Shown: positions 13,247-27,978 of the stretch, one piece after another
How positions within the stretch are numbered: the stretch's first letter is position 1
Layout of the letters: every line of letters starts with the position of its first letter
From: Octopus sinensis
Lineage: Eukaryota
Length of the DNA stretch: 64,000 nt
Assembly: GCF_006345805.1 (NCBI RefSeq)
Contig: NC_042998.1
Coordinates: 189,038,001 to 189,102,000, forward strand
Direction of reading: 5' to 3'
Program-made: the position numbers and the translations under genes
Notes under the pieces: generated by a model
The model's database searches: none
What the model saw: the letters and a program-made list of their open reading frames with translations, nothing else
What the model was told of the DNA's origin: nothing

Positions 13247-13889
13247 CATCCTCTGTCAACCTCAAAATAGTTACACAAACCTTACAGTCTACGAGAATAA
13301 TTTCAGAAATGATTAAAGAAATGAATACACGGAAGCAATCCCCATAAATTTAGAATCTTCCGCTTTCAGCAAGACAAACAGATTGCCATTTGGGATTCTA
13401 TAGTAACAGGCTTGAGTTATTTTCATACTCTTCCTGATTCTCATTCTCTGAACACATATTTCTTAAACCAATGACTGGCGTTCGACCTGTAAGAAGCTGT
13501 GGCCAAGTCTCTTTCAAAACATAACTTACTTTCTTGTAAAAGTAGGATATATTGGTCAATACTGTCCTATATAAACTATACTTTTATAATAGACGTTCCG
13601 GCTAGAATATCTTTGACCATAGAGTCTATAGGTTGATCTAAAAGTGATGTGGTATAAACAAGAACAACAACAATGAACATATTTTTCGCTTTTATCTAGA
13701 ATATTTTATATCTAATACAATGTAAAATGTTTAATAAACGTTCGTTACAGTATGGCTTACTATGTATCGTTTTGTTTTATCTACAACCAAGAATAAAGAA
13801 ATATTTGAGAGAATATTAGAAAAATATTAAACATACACAACAGGTATATTGGCGTCCTATCAACACCTCAATTCCCGCCTTCATTTACC

Positions 13890-13897
13890 TCTCTATC

Positions 13898-13952
<55 letters not shown>

Positions 13953-13993
13953 CTATCTATCTATCTATCCATCTATCTCTCTATCTATCTATC

Positions 13994-14026
<33 letters not shown>

Positions 14027-14033
14027 TTTTCTA

Positions 14034-14064
<31 letters not shown>

Positions 14065-14521
14065 GTCTTTCTCTTTCTCTCTCATTCCCCCTCTTCTTTG
14101 TTTTCCCCCCTCATCTCACTCTCCTTCTCTTCTCTCTCTCACACTCCTCTTCTTTCTCTCACTCTATCTTCTGTCACATACTTAAATACACATTTCACAT
14201 TGTCTATACATGAGTATATATCTTTAATGAATATGTATGCATGTGTGTCTTTAAATATAAATGATAGAGTGTGAATATGTGTGAGTCCATATAGTGTGCA
14301 TGACCGTTGCATGCTGTGTCCTACTTAGAAGCATGTATGTATGTATGTATGTATGTATGTATGTATGTATGTATGTATGTATGTATGCATGCATGCATGT
14401 ATGTATGTATGTATGTATGTATGTATTTTTGTACGTATAGATAGATTGAAACTTCATATATTGTCCGAGTACACAATCTCCCGTTCACATGTAAACACAC
14501 ACACATACACACATGCATACA

Positions 14522-14555
<34 letters not shown>

Positions 14556-14666
14556 TGTGTTACATATATCATATTCATGTAAACACACAGACTCATTACA
14601 TACACGCATGCATACACACGCACATACACATAACAGAAGATACTCTCATACCTTGAGAAATGTATG

Positions 14667-14743
<77 letters not shown>

Positions 14744-15011
14744 ACACCGTGTGTATGTATCATTTGTGTACAATTATATACGTCTTCAGGTATGTGTGGA
14801 GGGCAATGTGAAAGACATAGCATAAGATTAATATTCCAATTTATGATATAATCAACTTCTCGTTTCTTTCCTGATTCTTTAACCTTTACAGAACAACCGA
14901 GCTTTTTATGGTAATCATATAGGGGACAGTTAATTTATTTTCGTTCTCGTTTCTTTCCCTCCTTTTCTCTCTCTCTCTCTCTTTCTCATTCTCTCTTTCC
15001 CTCTCTCTCCT

Positions 15012-15046
<35 letters not shown>

Positions 15047-15290
15047 GTCACACACATTATAGAGATATATGTTTGTGCTTGTGCTTCCATATTTATAAAC
15101 ATACATAAACATACACACACATACACACACACACACACACAAATATTTGCATGCATATATATGTATATGTTCACACATGTACATATGTATATGTGTATAT
15201 ATTCATATATATCCATTTATACATACATATATATATATATATATTTATATTTATATTTATATTTATATTTATATTTATATATATATATAT
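13890..15290. repeat. Cluster of (TCTA)n, (TATG)n, (TA)n, (CT)n and (CA)n microsatellites
   Basis: Direct inspection. Confidence 0.88.
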
Positions 15291-15329
15291 TTCAAAAATT
15301 ATAGAATATTGAATATACTTTATGTGTGT

Positions 15330-16260
15330 ATAAGAGAGAGATGTCAACTGTTTATTGATAAAATGTCAGGAATTCAAACATCTTTAATAAATTTGTTTGT
15401 TTGATCGGGCCAAGAATGTTTGGGAGTGGCCAGTTAAGGGATTAGACCACCTGTTTGTTGTTTTGAATTTCTGTGTATTTTGAATCTCTGGGTGAACCTT
15501 TAAGCAAACGAATTTTTGAGAGAATTATTTTAAGAAGCTTGTGTGGCATTTTGCCCACAAAAAGGCCAGATGTTTGTTGATTTTGTTTATTAAAGATTTA
15601 GACAAAGAACAAAATATTTCTGGTTGGTTTTTGTACAATATGTTTTTTATGTGTTCTTACTCGTTCACAAAGAAAGTTCCCAGTCTGACCGATGTAAGTT
15701 TTCTCTGTATGTAAAGCAGGTTATGCAATATAGTAGGGTTCTTGTTTTGCAGTTAATATTTGCATTTATTTGGAAAGAGAATATGTTTTAAATTTATATT
15801 GGATCCTGTTCCTAGATATTTAAAATTATCATTGCATATTCCTCATTTGCTATTTCCACAAGTTTTTATGTAGTTCAGAGTTATTGCCTGGTGTGAACTC
15901 TGCCCTTGTGAGGTATTTCCTAAAAAGTGTTCGCTGACGTTCGCTGTTCGTTATACAATTTTCTTTCCTTAGATCTCCCATTTTCGGACTTTGAAATAGG
16001 ACTAATAAATTTGGTTTTATGGTGGTGATTGTGTTTATCACTTCTGTATCATATATACTAACAAAGCGAATAACATTCATAAACAGTAGATTAGACATAC
16101 ATAATTACGGAATATCCCGTTGAACGAACATCTAAACATCAGCGGAAACAACAATTTCAAGAGTTTCTTATCCTATAAATGCCCAGGAGATGATTCAAAT
16201 ATGGGAAGGAAATGAAGAAGCATTTTATGAAAAAGTTTACTTCAAAAGTAAACAATTAAA
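15330..16260 (-). mobile_element. Decayed Penelope-like retroelement remnant (GIY-YIG endonuclease region)
   Basis: Minus-strand translation across frameshifts: KYLTRAEF, CGNSK*GIC (CX4CXXC-like), CKTRTLLYCITC..RE/YIGQTGNFLCERVRTHKKHI, matching the PLE GIY-YIG pattern. Confidence 0.78.
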
Positions 16261-16688
16261 ACTCGGAAAATTTTATTTAAAATGACTTTTCCATGTGAGC
16301 CAAACCAAGTTACCACTGGATATTAATGATGTTACTGCTGTTACTAAAAAGCAAATAATTGAAAAAAAAAAATAAATTTTAAACAATCTCCACACACACT
16401 CGCGCATGCGCACAAACATACGCTTATATACAAGTGTATGAAAAAAACATTCACATATCTTGAACAAAAGCAATCAACCGTTTAATGACCTCCCCAGATA
16501 AAAACCAATAATTTATTGAAATTAAGAAACAGTTAAACATTTCTGGACTGACTTATCATCGAAACAACCAGCCAGGAATCTTTGGTTCTTATACACTGAA
16601 ATCAATAAGCAGCTGTCCTTTTCGGACAAAACGCCACCAGAACTGTTTAAAAAACAAATGCCCCTAAAAGTCATCTATCTTCCATTTA

Positions 16689-16763
<75 letters not shown>

Positions 16764-16812
16764 ATGAACGCATCCAAATGCATATCTGAAACATATACAT
16801 ATATATATATAA

Positions 16813-16980
16813 AATCAAAATAAGCAACAAGAATGACTCCGGTAATTTGGTACGATCGTTTCGTACTACATCATTTTATTAAATGTTGTAAGTATTACAA
16901 CGGTTTAAAATGCTGAGCACTCATCAGCCAATTATAGAGGTTTTCCATTACCGGAGTCATTATTGTTGCTTATTTTGATT
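16813..16980. mobile_element. MITE-like element with 34-bp inverted repeats
   Basis: aatcaaaataagcaacaagaatgactccggtaat (16813-16846) vs attaccggagtcattattgttgcttattttgatt (16947-16980), 1 mismatch, TA-rich flanks. Confidence 0.6.
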
Positions 16981-17599
16981 ATAATCACCCCACGGATTTT
17001 TATGGATAACACAATACAGAATTCTGGTGCATCTAAATTAAGTACCATATTCGTTTGAATCTAAATATATATATATTTCCACACATCTCATGCGATATGT
17101 TGTAAGTCTTATATTTGCATACTTAATTGTACATATAATCTCTCAATTTCAGTAATTCAACAAATAACAAATCTTCGTGGGTTTTTTCTTTTACCCTGGT
17201 CTCATTACTATTTTTCGTCATGTACGTTCCCTTATATTCTTATAATTAATTTTATACTTAGAATCCAGAAGTTATTTCCCCTTAGAAAACAATTTTCAAA
17301 ACCAGCTTACATATAATTATTCTGCATGATTTTAACCCAAAATAGAGCATGACTGCTTTCTACAATAATCTCCCTATTAGACATTACTCACCATGACTTT
17401 CCTCCACTCTAATCACATTTCTTCTTTTCCTTACATTTTTACAATAGTAAAAACACATCAATAGACATACGAATTATTTCACATACTGAACTGGTGCTTC
17501 AAAACCGACCGCTTTGTAACGAAACAATTGTACACTTGTAAGTATAATTCTGTAATTTAATAGAAATCTGATTTGCCCTGCATTACATCTTTGAATACA

Positions 17600-17615
17600 T
17601 ATATATACATATATA

Positions 17616-17689
<74 letters not shown>

Positions 17690-18461
17690 ATATAATATAA
17701 TATAATATAATATAATATAATATAATATAATATAATATAATATATATACATACACTCTCACACACACAAATACACAAGCACGCGCGCGAGCTCACAAAAC
17801 ACACATATACGCACACATGCTCATACATAGGTGGATAGATATACATGTGCATGTGTGTGTATAAGCATGTGAGTCATATCGGAAAATTGGCTGAGCTCAG
17901 AAATGGTTAAAAGAAAAAAAGTGGGGGGGGGGGAAAGAATTGATAAAGGATTGAGAGAATGGAAGAAAGGATGAAATAATCAAGTAAAGGAAGTAAAGTA
18001 GAGAAGAATGAAGGAAGACTGAAAGAAAGGGACGGAGAAAGTAAAGGAAAGAAGAAGAAGAAGAAGAAGAAGAAGAAGAAGAAGAAGAAGAAAAAAGGAA
18101 GGAAAATAAAAGAAACCAGTCAAATTCTGACAGGGTGTCGTGTTAAATGACTACATTATAACAGAATATTCTACAGCCATGCTATTCAAATAAAAAGCTG
18201 TGTGCCACTTATTGGCATAGTTACTATGTCTTTTAACTTACACACATGCATACACATACTTACACACGCGCACTTACTTTTACATACATAATTTATGTTT
18301 GTATGTACATACATGCATAATACATGTATGTATGTATGTATGTATGTATGTATGCAGGCATCCCCCACCTTACAGTTACCTCAGGTTACGTACTTTATAC
18401 TGAGGAAAATTTTAAATATGTTCACTAATTCAGGTTGATTCAGTGTGATTTCACTCTTACA

Positions 18462-18515
<54 letters not shown>

Positions 18516-18765
18516 CGCGTATAGAAATGTTTGAAGTATGCGTCACTATAATCACTTACGGAATGCGAGATAGTATTTTGTGTGGGGGTGTATATATGTA
18601 TGTGTATATATATATATATGTGTGTGTATGTGTGTGTCTATGTGTATGTATGTATGTATGTATGTATGTATGTATGTATGTATGTATGTATGTATGTATG
18701 TATGTATGTATGTATGTATGTATGTATGTATGTATGTATGTATGTATGTATGCATGTATGTATGT
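17600..18765. repeat. (TA)n, (ATATA)n, (AAG)n and (TATG)n microsatellites
   Basis: Direct inspection. Confidence 0.85.
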
Positions 18766-19249
18766 ATTAAGCTTCATCATCACCAATACAATCATAATCA
18801 ACACCAAAACCAATACAACCACTGCCACCATCACCAATAACATAACCAATACAGCCACCACAACCACCATTAACAACCCATCAACTTTTCAATAACCAGT
18901 TGGCAAGAACAATAATAATATCAACGCGTTGGCAATGTCTGTACCTACATATGTTGCATGTGCACGTGGTGTGTGCGTGTGTGTGTGAGTATATCTATGC
19001 AAGCGAAAATAGGACACGGAAATCATGTAGAAAGTGTGAACTGCACCTATAATATAAGGGTTCAGTCTTGTTATAATGTGTCTCGCTGATTCCACCAGAG
19101 AGTTATATCATGGAAACACGTCCTGTGGAATACATTTGTCCGCCAAATCAATGAGCCAGATATTTTATAATTGATCGAACTACTGGATAATCAAAGTTGT
19201 TAAGAATTGAACTCTAGGCCTTGTTAGGAAAAGGAAACTCTAATCTAAA

Positions 19250-19340
19250 CCCTAGTACTTACTTTATCAACCGCGAAAAGATAAAATGTAAGGTATACTC
19301 TGACAGGATTGAAACTCAGAATGTGAAGTAACGTAATGTG
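19250..19340 (-). mobile_element. Highly diverged SINE family A fragment
   Basis: tagtacttactttatcaaccgcgaaaagataaaatgtaagg...gaaactcagaatgt resembles the minus-strand family A core. Confidence 0.5.
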
Positions 19341-20094
19341 AGGCATTGTGACATTTTGATCAGTATTCTATCCATTCAGTCAAGTATTCATTTTACCCAA
19401 GCACTAAGTCCCCTTTACCAGAAAGAGGCTGTTTGATTGACTCAGGTATATGCTATTAGGAAAAGCTAATAAAGTATTATGAAGCACCGATATTATTGGC
19501 TTACGTAAGCATAAAAATAAGTAGGGTGAGAAGGGTAATATATTTGATGCTCATCCTTTCTAAAGGAAGTTAGCAACGTAAATGATCTGTAATGGCTGTA
19601 GTCGAGAATCTGTATCGGTTGGAAACGTGGCTCAATAGAAGGTTTCTTCTGCTCTTTGAGCCTCACAGTTGAGGCAGCAACATTAACACTAACACTGTAG
19701 TTTTACCAACTCCAATATCTTTTCATGAACGATGTTGCCACCCAGAAAGACCAGAAGTATTAGTCTGCAAGCATCATCATTAAAACCATTGTCAACGTTA
19801 ACTTCACTACCATTAGTATCATCATTTACACTCCTGCCAACCCCACCGCTTGAAGCAGTATTCCTAATGACGGTCTTAGCTACAATATTGCTATGGTGAC
19901 AACGTCCCGGTCATCCGTCTTTTAATTTGTTAATTCGTGTTGCTGTCAATCAGTTAGGGTTTTAATTCTTAATACGACAACTGTCAGTCCCTAAAAACGT
20001 CTGGTATTGTATTAGAGTAAAGTAAGTTATAATCTATATGCACGTAGAAGGGAAATGTCCAGAACAAAGAGACAGATAAGCAGAGGAGAGAAAC

Positions 20095-20386
<292 letters not shown>

Positions 20387-20953
20387 TGGAAGAAAGTGAG
20401 AGAAAAGAGAATGTGGGGAAGATAGAGACAGATTGATAGTCAAGCAGGTTCAGAACTATGCACGCAACACAATAAATTCTGTTTCTCAGAGCTTGCTAGT
20501 TAATCCCTAGAAGTCTAATTATGTTTCTTTCTCTAAACATTTCGCAATACATTACGTACAGTGCTTCGTCTCATGCATGGACTAATGCAACCAACATTTT
20601 ACATACTCCCCATTCAATTTCAGTGATCCAACAAAGCTCCCATAACCAACTGATTATGTTCTAACAAGAGAAAGGGCAGAAAATTGAAAGAAAGAAGACT
20701 ATTGCACTTTTACTGTCAATGGTGGGTAGAATTGTCTAGTAGAAAAAAATTACACGAAATCCGGCATAATTTTAGGTCCACGAGAAATATAGAGAACAGA
20801 ATCATGGGCAATATGCAATCCTTGAAGATCTTACAAGGGATTTAAAATTTGATCAGCTGCAACTTTGGTCAACACTGATGAACTAAGTTCCTCTAATAAA
20901 GCATCTAATGACGAGTTATCTTCTCTACGAGCAGATGTGGTAGGATGTTATTG

Positions 20954-21316
20954 TACTCTTTCACTGGAGCACCGCCTTTAGTCGAGCAAATTGACCCCAG
21001 GACTTATTCTTTGTAAGCCTAGTACTTATTCTATCGGTCCTTTTTTACCGAACCGCTAAATTACGGGGACGTAAACACACCAGCATCGGTTGTTAAGCGA
21101 TGTTGGGGGGACGAACACAGACACACAAACACACACACATATATATATATACATATAGATATATACGACGGGCTTCTTTCAGTTTCCGTCTACCAAATCC
21201 ACTCACAAGGCTTTGGTCGGCCCGAGGCTATAGTAGAAGGTGCCACGCAGTGAGACTGAACCCAGAACCCTGTGGCTGGTAAGCAAGCTACTTACCACAC
21301 AGCCACTCCTGCGCCT
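20954..21316 (-). mobile_element. tRNA-derived SINE (family B, internal microsatellite)
   Basis: Minus-strand head aggcgcaggagtggctgtgtggtaag, B-box gggttcagtc, internal (CA)/(TA) tract, tail gagcaccgcctttagtcgagc; near-identical to 25.8 and 56.4 kb copies; small internal deletion. Confidence 0.9.
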
Positions 21317-23875
21317 GTAGCAGACTATTTTCGACGATTTCAAAGAAATCTTCGAATTTATTCCAGGCCTATTTCTATATCGATGGCATTTCGACACATT
21401 ATTTAGCCGAACAAAGAACAGAGATTTTGTACAACCACCACGACAAAAGTCTAGCAATCTTCTGAATATTTATAAACAATACTATTTTCAGTATAGCAGA
21501 AAATTTCATAATCTTCTTCGACGATATAATTAATTTCTAAAGAAAGATGGGCGTCTGTTTTGGTTGACAATCCCTCTATAAGAATCTGATGAAGCTATTG
21601 CTATTGTTTCGGTATAAACTTTCAGGGTTTTGGACAATAATTACACCAACACTTATTAAAAGCTAACTTTTCTACAGTCACCATAACAGACTTTTCCAGT
21701 GTTTCCACTAAAGAGGCTCGATATCAATATTCTAAATCAGATTATTCCATTACAGGATCAACAAAGTTCTGAAAGGAGCAAGGCTTCCAAATATTGAGTG
21801 AATTCTACTTGTGCTTCAACTGTGCAGAGTCAGTTATAGACATTGTTATAGACAGTCAATTATTGAAGACAGAATACAACAGAATAAACACCCCCACCAG
21901 CACCACCACGCCAATGCTTCTGTTCAGTAAACTGAGTAACGTGAACTACATCGCGGCACCCTCAGGAAATTATATGAAGGTTAAATGATGCAAAAGAAGT
22001 ATAAACACATAGAGAATTATCTTAGGATTGCTGGAAAATGACAAAGAAAGTGTTTGGAGAAAAAGTAGATGTGAAAGGACTATAAAGCAGAAAATATCAA
22101 CATTGTTCTGCTTTAGCTTTAGCAGGAACGGCATCGTTCCCATCATCCATCAAGCCTCAAGTAATATACCAGTCCAAGTTAGATATCTCTTTCATCCACT
22201 TGAGTGATGAACTCACCATGACATTTTTCAATGCCAAGGCAGTTAAAAGAAATATTACAGCAACGTTTAATACAGTAATATTCATAGTTTTGTGGAAGTT
22301 GTACGTGAAAAGAGAAAAATGCTGTTTGACTGGCATCGAAACGTCAATATTTTCACCAAACAACATGCAAACTTAACCAAATCTCCGAACTTCAATAAGC
22401 AAAAGTTTTCAACGCAAACCAGCAGCAGCAGATTTCCTCGGAATTTCTTAACTCATTTTTAAGATATTTTAAAATGCTTACGATGATAAACAAAATATTA
22501 ATTTCCGTTTAATTATATGTTGTACGTTACAAGTGTCATTCACCTTCCCTTTTACTGTATCAGTGTCTTAGTGTCTTAATATTTATATTATATTTATTTT
22601 AATGACTTTTAATTGCGATATGAACACATTATGCAGATCACTGTATCAAGCTACGAAAGGTTTGGCTTCAGTATAAAGCATAGCATATTTTCCATCTTAT
22701 TTAATGTTTATTTTGCCTTTCAGTCCGGTTTTGTTGCACTTTATCTATACTATCAAGCGAGCTGGTCCATGTTTTCATTCTTTTCTCCCTCATTTTCATA
22801 AAATGATATCGAAACTAAACAGAGTTTTTGTGAGGGATGCCTCTCATAATATAAACCTGTTTCCATGGACAGACACCGTAAACTATTGTGTGATCCATTC
22901 TTCCATACGTGTAATACATTTGAGATACTAAGTAAACCTTCTATTCAAATTATATACTCAATATATTCACTGTTTCAATGGATTGGTCTGGTGAATAGGC
23001 TCGTACCTATGAAGGCTAGGTCGATGTGTTCTATTTACCCCTTAAACAACTGGAAATCAACGACTGCAAAAAGAAACATAGACAGAGATGAAATTCTGGG
23101 TGAAAGACATTTTGGAGAAGGAGAATTGAGTGTAATGTTTGGTAAGAGTCCTAGAGGGTTTCAAACAATATGAGTGAAAGAGGGTGAGAGACAAGATGGT
23201 TGGTTCTCAGACGAAAGTGGCACGGTACCAGCCAGTCTCAAAATGCAGAAAAGACAAGAACGGGGAAACAACCTACCTGTAGTTCAGCTGTCGGAGCATT
23301 TTGCTGACTCCATACCAAAGGAAATTAATACTTTTTTTTCGCAATGGTTGAAAAGCCTGAAGTTTAATATAAACTACCAACTATGAAATAATTAAAACGC
23401 ATAGAAAGATAAACACTATGTATTCCAAATATGAAACCCAATTAAGTATACTATATAAAAGTAATCAAAATGTTTATTGTGAAAAAAATGGTCTAAGATC
23501 CATTATCTTTTGATTCTTTGAAGAATTATTTCAAGAATTAATTTTCAAGTGATTTATCGAAATCTGACCGATTCTAATTTATGAAGAAGAAAAGACTGCA
23601 AAAAGTATTTAAGCTTAGCGTCACAATACACGCCAGTAATACAATATTTTCACTCATTTTGAGTGTTGAACTAACCTTGATAGAGCAAGGTGAAGTAAAT
23701 CATTACAAGTTGAGAGCCTTTATCATTATACAGAGTAGAACAACCGATAATTCCCTAAGGAAATCTACCATCAAAATATATGTCCATAGTTATCACTGCT
23801 TTTCTTACTAGAATTTCACATTAAGTTAATGATAATGAGTCTGTATTCTCACCAAAGATGTAATTTTAGTTAGTT

Positions 23876-24056
23876 AACAATTTGAGCTCACTATATTAGG
23901 TATACTAACATTGACATTCCTTCATAGAATATGAACCATCAAATACAGCGATATTCTGTCTACTCTGCCATTTTCTATTGTACAAAGTGATGGAAATCAT
24001 CCACGTTAGATTAATACATTGATTACATAATATGATTATTTCGTAACTTATTTTTT
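23876..24056. repeat. ~180-bp direct repeat, copy 1 (copy 2 at 25446-25626)
   Basis: Visual alignment; central ~75 bp essentially identical, with about 8 substitutions mostly in the flanks. Confidence 0.93.
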
Positions 24057-25445
24057 CCCTATCCTTAAATTTGTCACATCCTCAACGAGACTCGTAAAAT
24101 CGTTGGAGCAACAAGGAAAAAACAGGTCTTCATGTAGTGACTCTACGAAAGGATATCCATGAATTATTAGAGAGTTAAATGACCTGGACACAAATGCACC
24201 GCAATGTTGAAGACAATATAAACCCTCAGCTAGTTGCCCACTACTTTTCCTATGTAACCACCTACATTTTCAATATCTATCAAAATTATCAATCTTTTCA
24301 ATATGGGAAATGGTTTGTTACATTAATGGCCTTTTTCTGTCAAGAGTCATCAAATTGTTTGGAGGATATTTTTATATACTAGCGTCTAAATGCAAAACTA
24401 ATAATTTTCCTTGGCGTTTTAGTTTTTTTCTACCCCTTTTCTTTTTTCTTTCAAACATATGCTCCCTGAGTGTTCGTCGATTTCATTCTATTTTGTCATA
24501 CTTATTTATAATTCTTCTTTCTTCAGCCATATTTCTTGCCTTATTATTCTCTCCATCTTAAACAAGGAAGCCCTTACAACGAATTTGAACTGAACGAGTT
24601 AGCAATTTAATACCTTGTTTATTCGGTCATTTCACATCTATCTATAAGCAATTATAATCATCCATTCACAGAACGCATAGTAGAAACATAAAAATATACT
24701 TATTCAAACCCCGAGCAGATACAAATACAAATGATGTGATTAATGGGTTGATAACACTTTTCTGTTTTGGAAAAAAATCAAAAGGCAATCCTGTTGCTAA
24801 TTATACTACGTTTAGAAAAATAAGTTTACTTGTCCGAAATCTAGTTTTGCTTTTAGACTGCCTAGTATACAATACTTTCACTCGTTATTTCATTTAGTTT
24901 GCCGATTTCTCCTACTTATCTTATTCTAAGTTTTAAAAGAGCAATGTATTATCTTTCACGGTCACAATTTTCTACAAGTGATATTTTTCCTGTCATATTT
25001 TTTGTACAAACAATGCTACTGTTTCTAAACAGAAATATTATTTACTTTGTAATAAAAGAATGCTAACAAAAGTCAATTTTACAGATTCCTTCCCACTTAT
25101 TAGTAACTAATCTATAGAAGTTTGTTTTGTTTTGTTTCGTACTTCTTGTTTCTTTATATAAAGAGATAATGACAATAGCAGCTTCAAAAACACTGCTTTT
25201 TCTCTTTCTTGAAACAATACTATACGCTTTTTTTTAATAGATACAAGAGAAGGACTATTTAATGAAAATGGGAAATAAGTCTTTGTAACATTCAGTTTTT
25301 CTGTAAAGTTGTTAGAAGCGGATATTTACAACCAAGAATCTAAATCTTGTTGCAAACAACTTAGTTGCTGAGAGTTCGTGATATCACTTACAATAGATAC
25401 ATGCACAATTACAGTTTGTTGCACATATTACAGTTTGTTGCACAT

Positions 25446-25626
25446 AACAATTTGAGCTCATTATATCAGGTATACTAACACTGAAATTTCTTCATAGAAT
25501 ATGAACCATCAAATACAGCGATATTCTGTCTACTCTGCCATTTTCTATTGTACAAAGTGATGGAAATCATCCATGTTAGATTAATACATTGATTATATAA
25601 TATGATTATTTCGTAACTTATTTTTT
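25446..25626. repeat. ~180-bp direct repeat, copy 2
   Basis: Matches 23876-24056 at an offset of 1570 bp. Confidence 0.93.
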
Positions 25627-25847
25627 ATTTTCAAATAAAAGGTTATTTATTTTCACTTTGGAAAGCCTAAATATTTTGTGATATGTTCCCTTGACTTTGC
25701 TGTTGCTTGCTTCTAGCTAGTTTTTAACATACCGTAACTTATTTTAAACGTATTTGTTACATCTCCCTGCGACAGAGATGGTTCCATCCATTAGTATTTC
25801 TTGACCACTGTGTGTTACCGTGAGAAAAGAAGTTTAACTATACAATC

Positions 25848-26070
25848 ACTCTTTTTACTCTTTTTTTTTACTCTTTTTTTACTTGTTTCAGTCATTTGAC
25901 TGCGGCCATGCTGGAGCACCGCCTTTAGTCGAGCAAATCGACCCCGGGACTTATTCTTTGTAAGCCCAGTACTTATTCTATCGGTCTCTTTTGCCGAACC
26001 GCTAAGTGACGGGGACGTAAACACACCAGCATCGGTTGTCAAGCAATGCTAGGGGGACAAACACAAACAA

Positions 26071-26156
<86 letters not shown>

Positions 26157-26321
26157 TACGACAGGCTTCTTTCAGTTTCCGTCTACCAAATCCACTCACA
26201 AGGCATTGGTCGGCCCGGGGCTATAGCAGAAGACACTTGCCCAAGATGCCACGCAGTGGGACTGAACCCGGAACCATGTGGTTGGTTAGCAAGCTACTTA
26301 CCACACAGCCACTCTTGCGCC
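25848..26321 (-). mobile_element. tRNA-derived SINE (family B), full length
   Basis: Head ...gagtggctgtgtggtaagtagcttgc, gggttcagtccc B-box, CORE-like gcatcttgggcaagtgtcttct, internal TA tract, (ACTCTTT) tail. Confidence 0.92.
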
Positions 26322-26639
26322 ACTCCTCACGTTTAGAAACTTTAAAAAAAAATAAGATTTCCAAAAAAACAGCGTAACAATCACGAAATGCGCTGGTGGA
26401 GTCGAATCCAATCTAACGAAACTATAGTCGATTCTATAGTTTCGCCCATTCCTTAGTGCAACATTTTGTTCAAACAGTGAGATAGACAGACTGGGCAGTT
26501 GTGCCTTAGTCACAGATACAACTCATTGCCGATACAGACTGTTGATCTTTCGACTGTTTACACTCGATCATATTCATTCGGCCATTCGCGCTCTTAAACT
26601 AAACATAGGAGTATGAAATGATTTTGTTCATAATCATTT

Positions 26640-26830
26640 CAACTTGGGGCAAGGCTTTGTCGATTAAATCGATTCCAGACCTTAACTAGCATTGTGTTTT
26701 ATCTGCCCTGGGAAGCTGAAAAGCAAAGTTGACCTCGATAGTATTTGAACTTAGAAAGTGAAAGCCTATATCTAAATCATTACATTGCATTTTGTCCGAC
26801 GCTCTAATAATTCTGCAAAACCAACTCCCT
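26640..26830 (-). mobile_element. Diverged SINE family A copy
   Basis: aaagcaaagttgacctcgatagtatttgaacttagaa..cattttgtccgacgctctaataattctgc matches degenerate minus-strand family A. Confidence 0.65.
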
Positions 26831-27584
26831 TTAATTCGTTAACATTGAACATATATATTCTTATATACAAATGATATTTAATCTATTGATCATAGGTGGG
26901 TTGTTGAGAATTTTTTTTATGCCAAGTGTATATGAAACTCAGATAGTTTTCTTGGTTACTTGAAATAGATTTAAATATAACTAATAAAATTAGTTTGTAC
27001 CGACGTTTCAAACTGATTCTCTCATATTTCATGTATTTATTAAGAAATAAAATTAATATAAGATTTATGATTTGATTACTGAAAGCTTGACATGTCTTAT
27101 GTGCCCACTACATCGAATGACTTATGAATGTACACACCACGACATATTTTATAAAATTATTAAAGACTCCCTCGATCTCTTACGGTTTATTAAAGTTAAA
27201 TTTAGAACAAAAGCGCTCTCCAAATAGGGGTCGACCTGCCGAGGGATAAAAAGCCTGGTTAACTATAATTCAAAGTAAACCTACGAGCTACATCCTAACC
27301 TACAAAATGTGGTACCTCTATCCATTGCTAACAGTGATTACTTTATAGTATCTAAACTATTAAATCTCCTCTTCTGAATAGAATACTTAATACACTCCAA
27401 CAAAAGGCCACTCCACACCATATAAGTTCTCATTCATCTTCACGTGATGTTTGGCAACATTTTAATTTAACAAGAAACACTAACTAAACCTATACTTGTA
27501 TTTTCAGTACAACTCTCGCACACACTCATAGACACACACAGGTGCATAATTATTTTATGTGCCGCAGCTACGCTAATGTGCGTA

Positions 27585-27617
27585 TACATATATATATATA
27601 TATATATATAATATATA

Positions 27618-27694
<77 letters not shown>

Positions 27695-27743
27695 TGTGTG
27701 TGTGTGTGTGTGTGTGGTGTGTGTGTGTGTGTGTGTGTGTGCG

Positions 27744-27805
<62 letters not shown>

Positions 27806-27946
27806 CACAGATATATATATATATATATTATATATATATATATACACGCGCACTCGTAAATGTATGTAAACATGTTTATGTATAGACATAGATATATGTA
27901 TATATATATATACATATACGATCATATATTTATATATGACTATATA

Positions 27947-27978
<32 letters not shown>

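Noticed and set aside
22100-22260. Minus-strand LGLVYYLRLD resembling RNF213-like proteins
   Set aside because: Ten residues surrounded by stops, with no other AAA+ motifs nearby.
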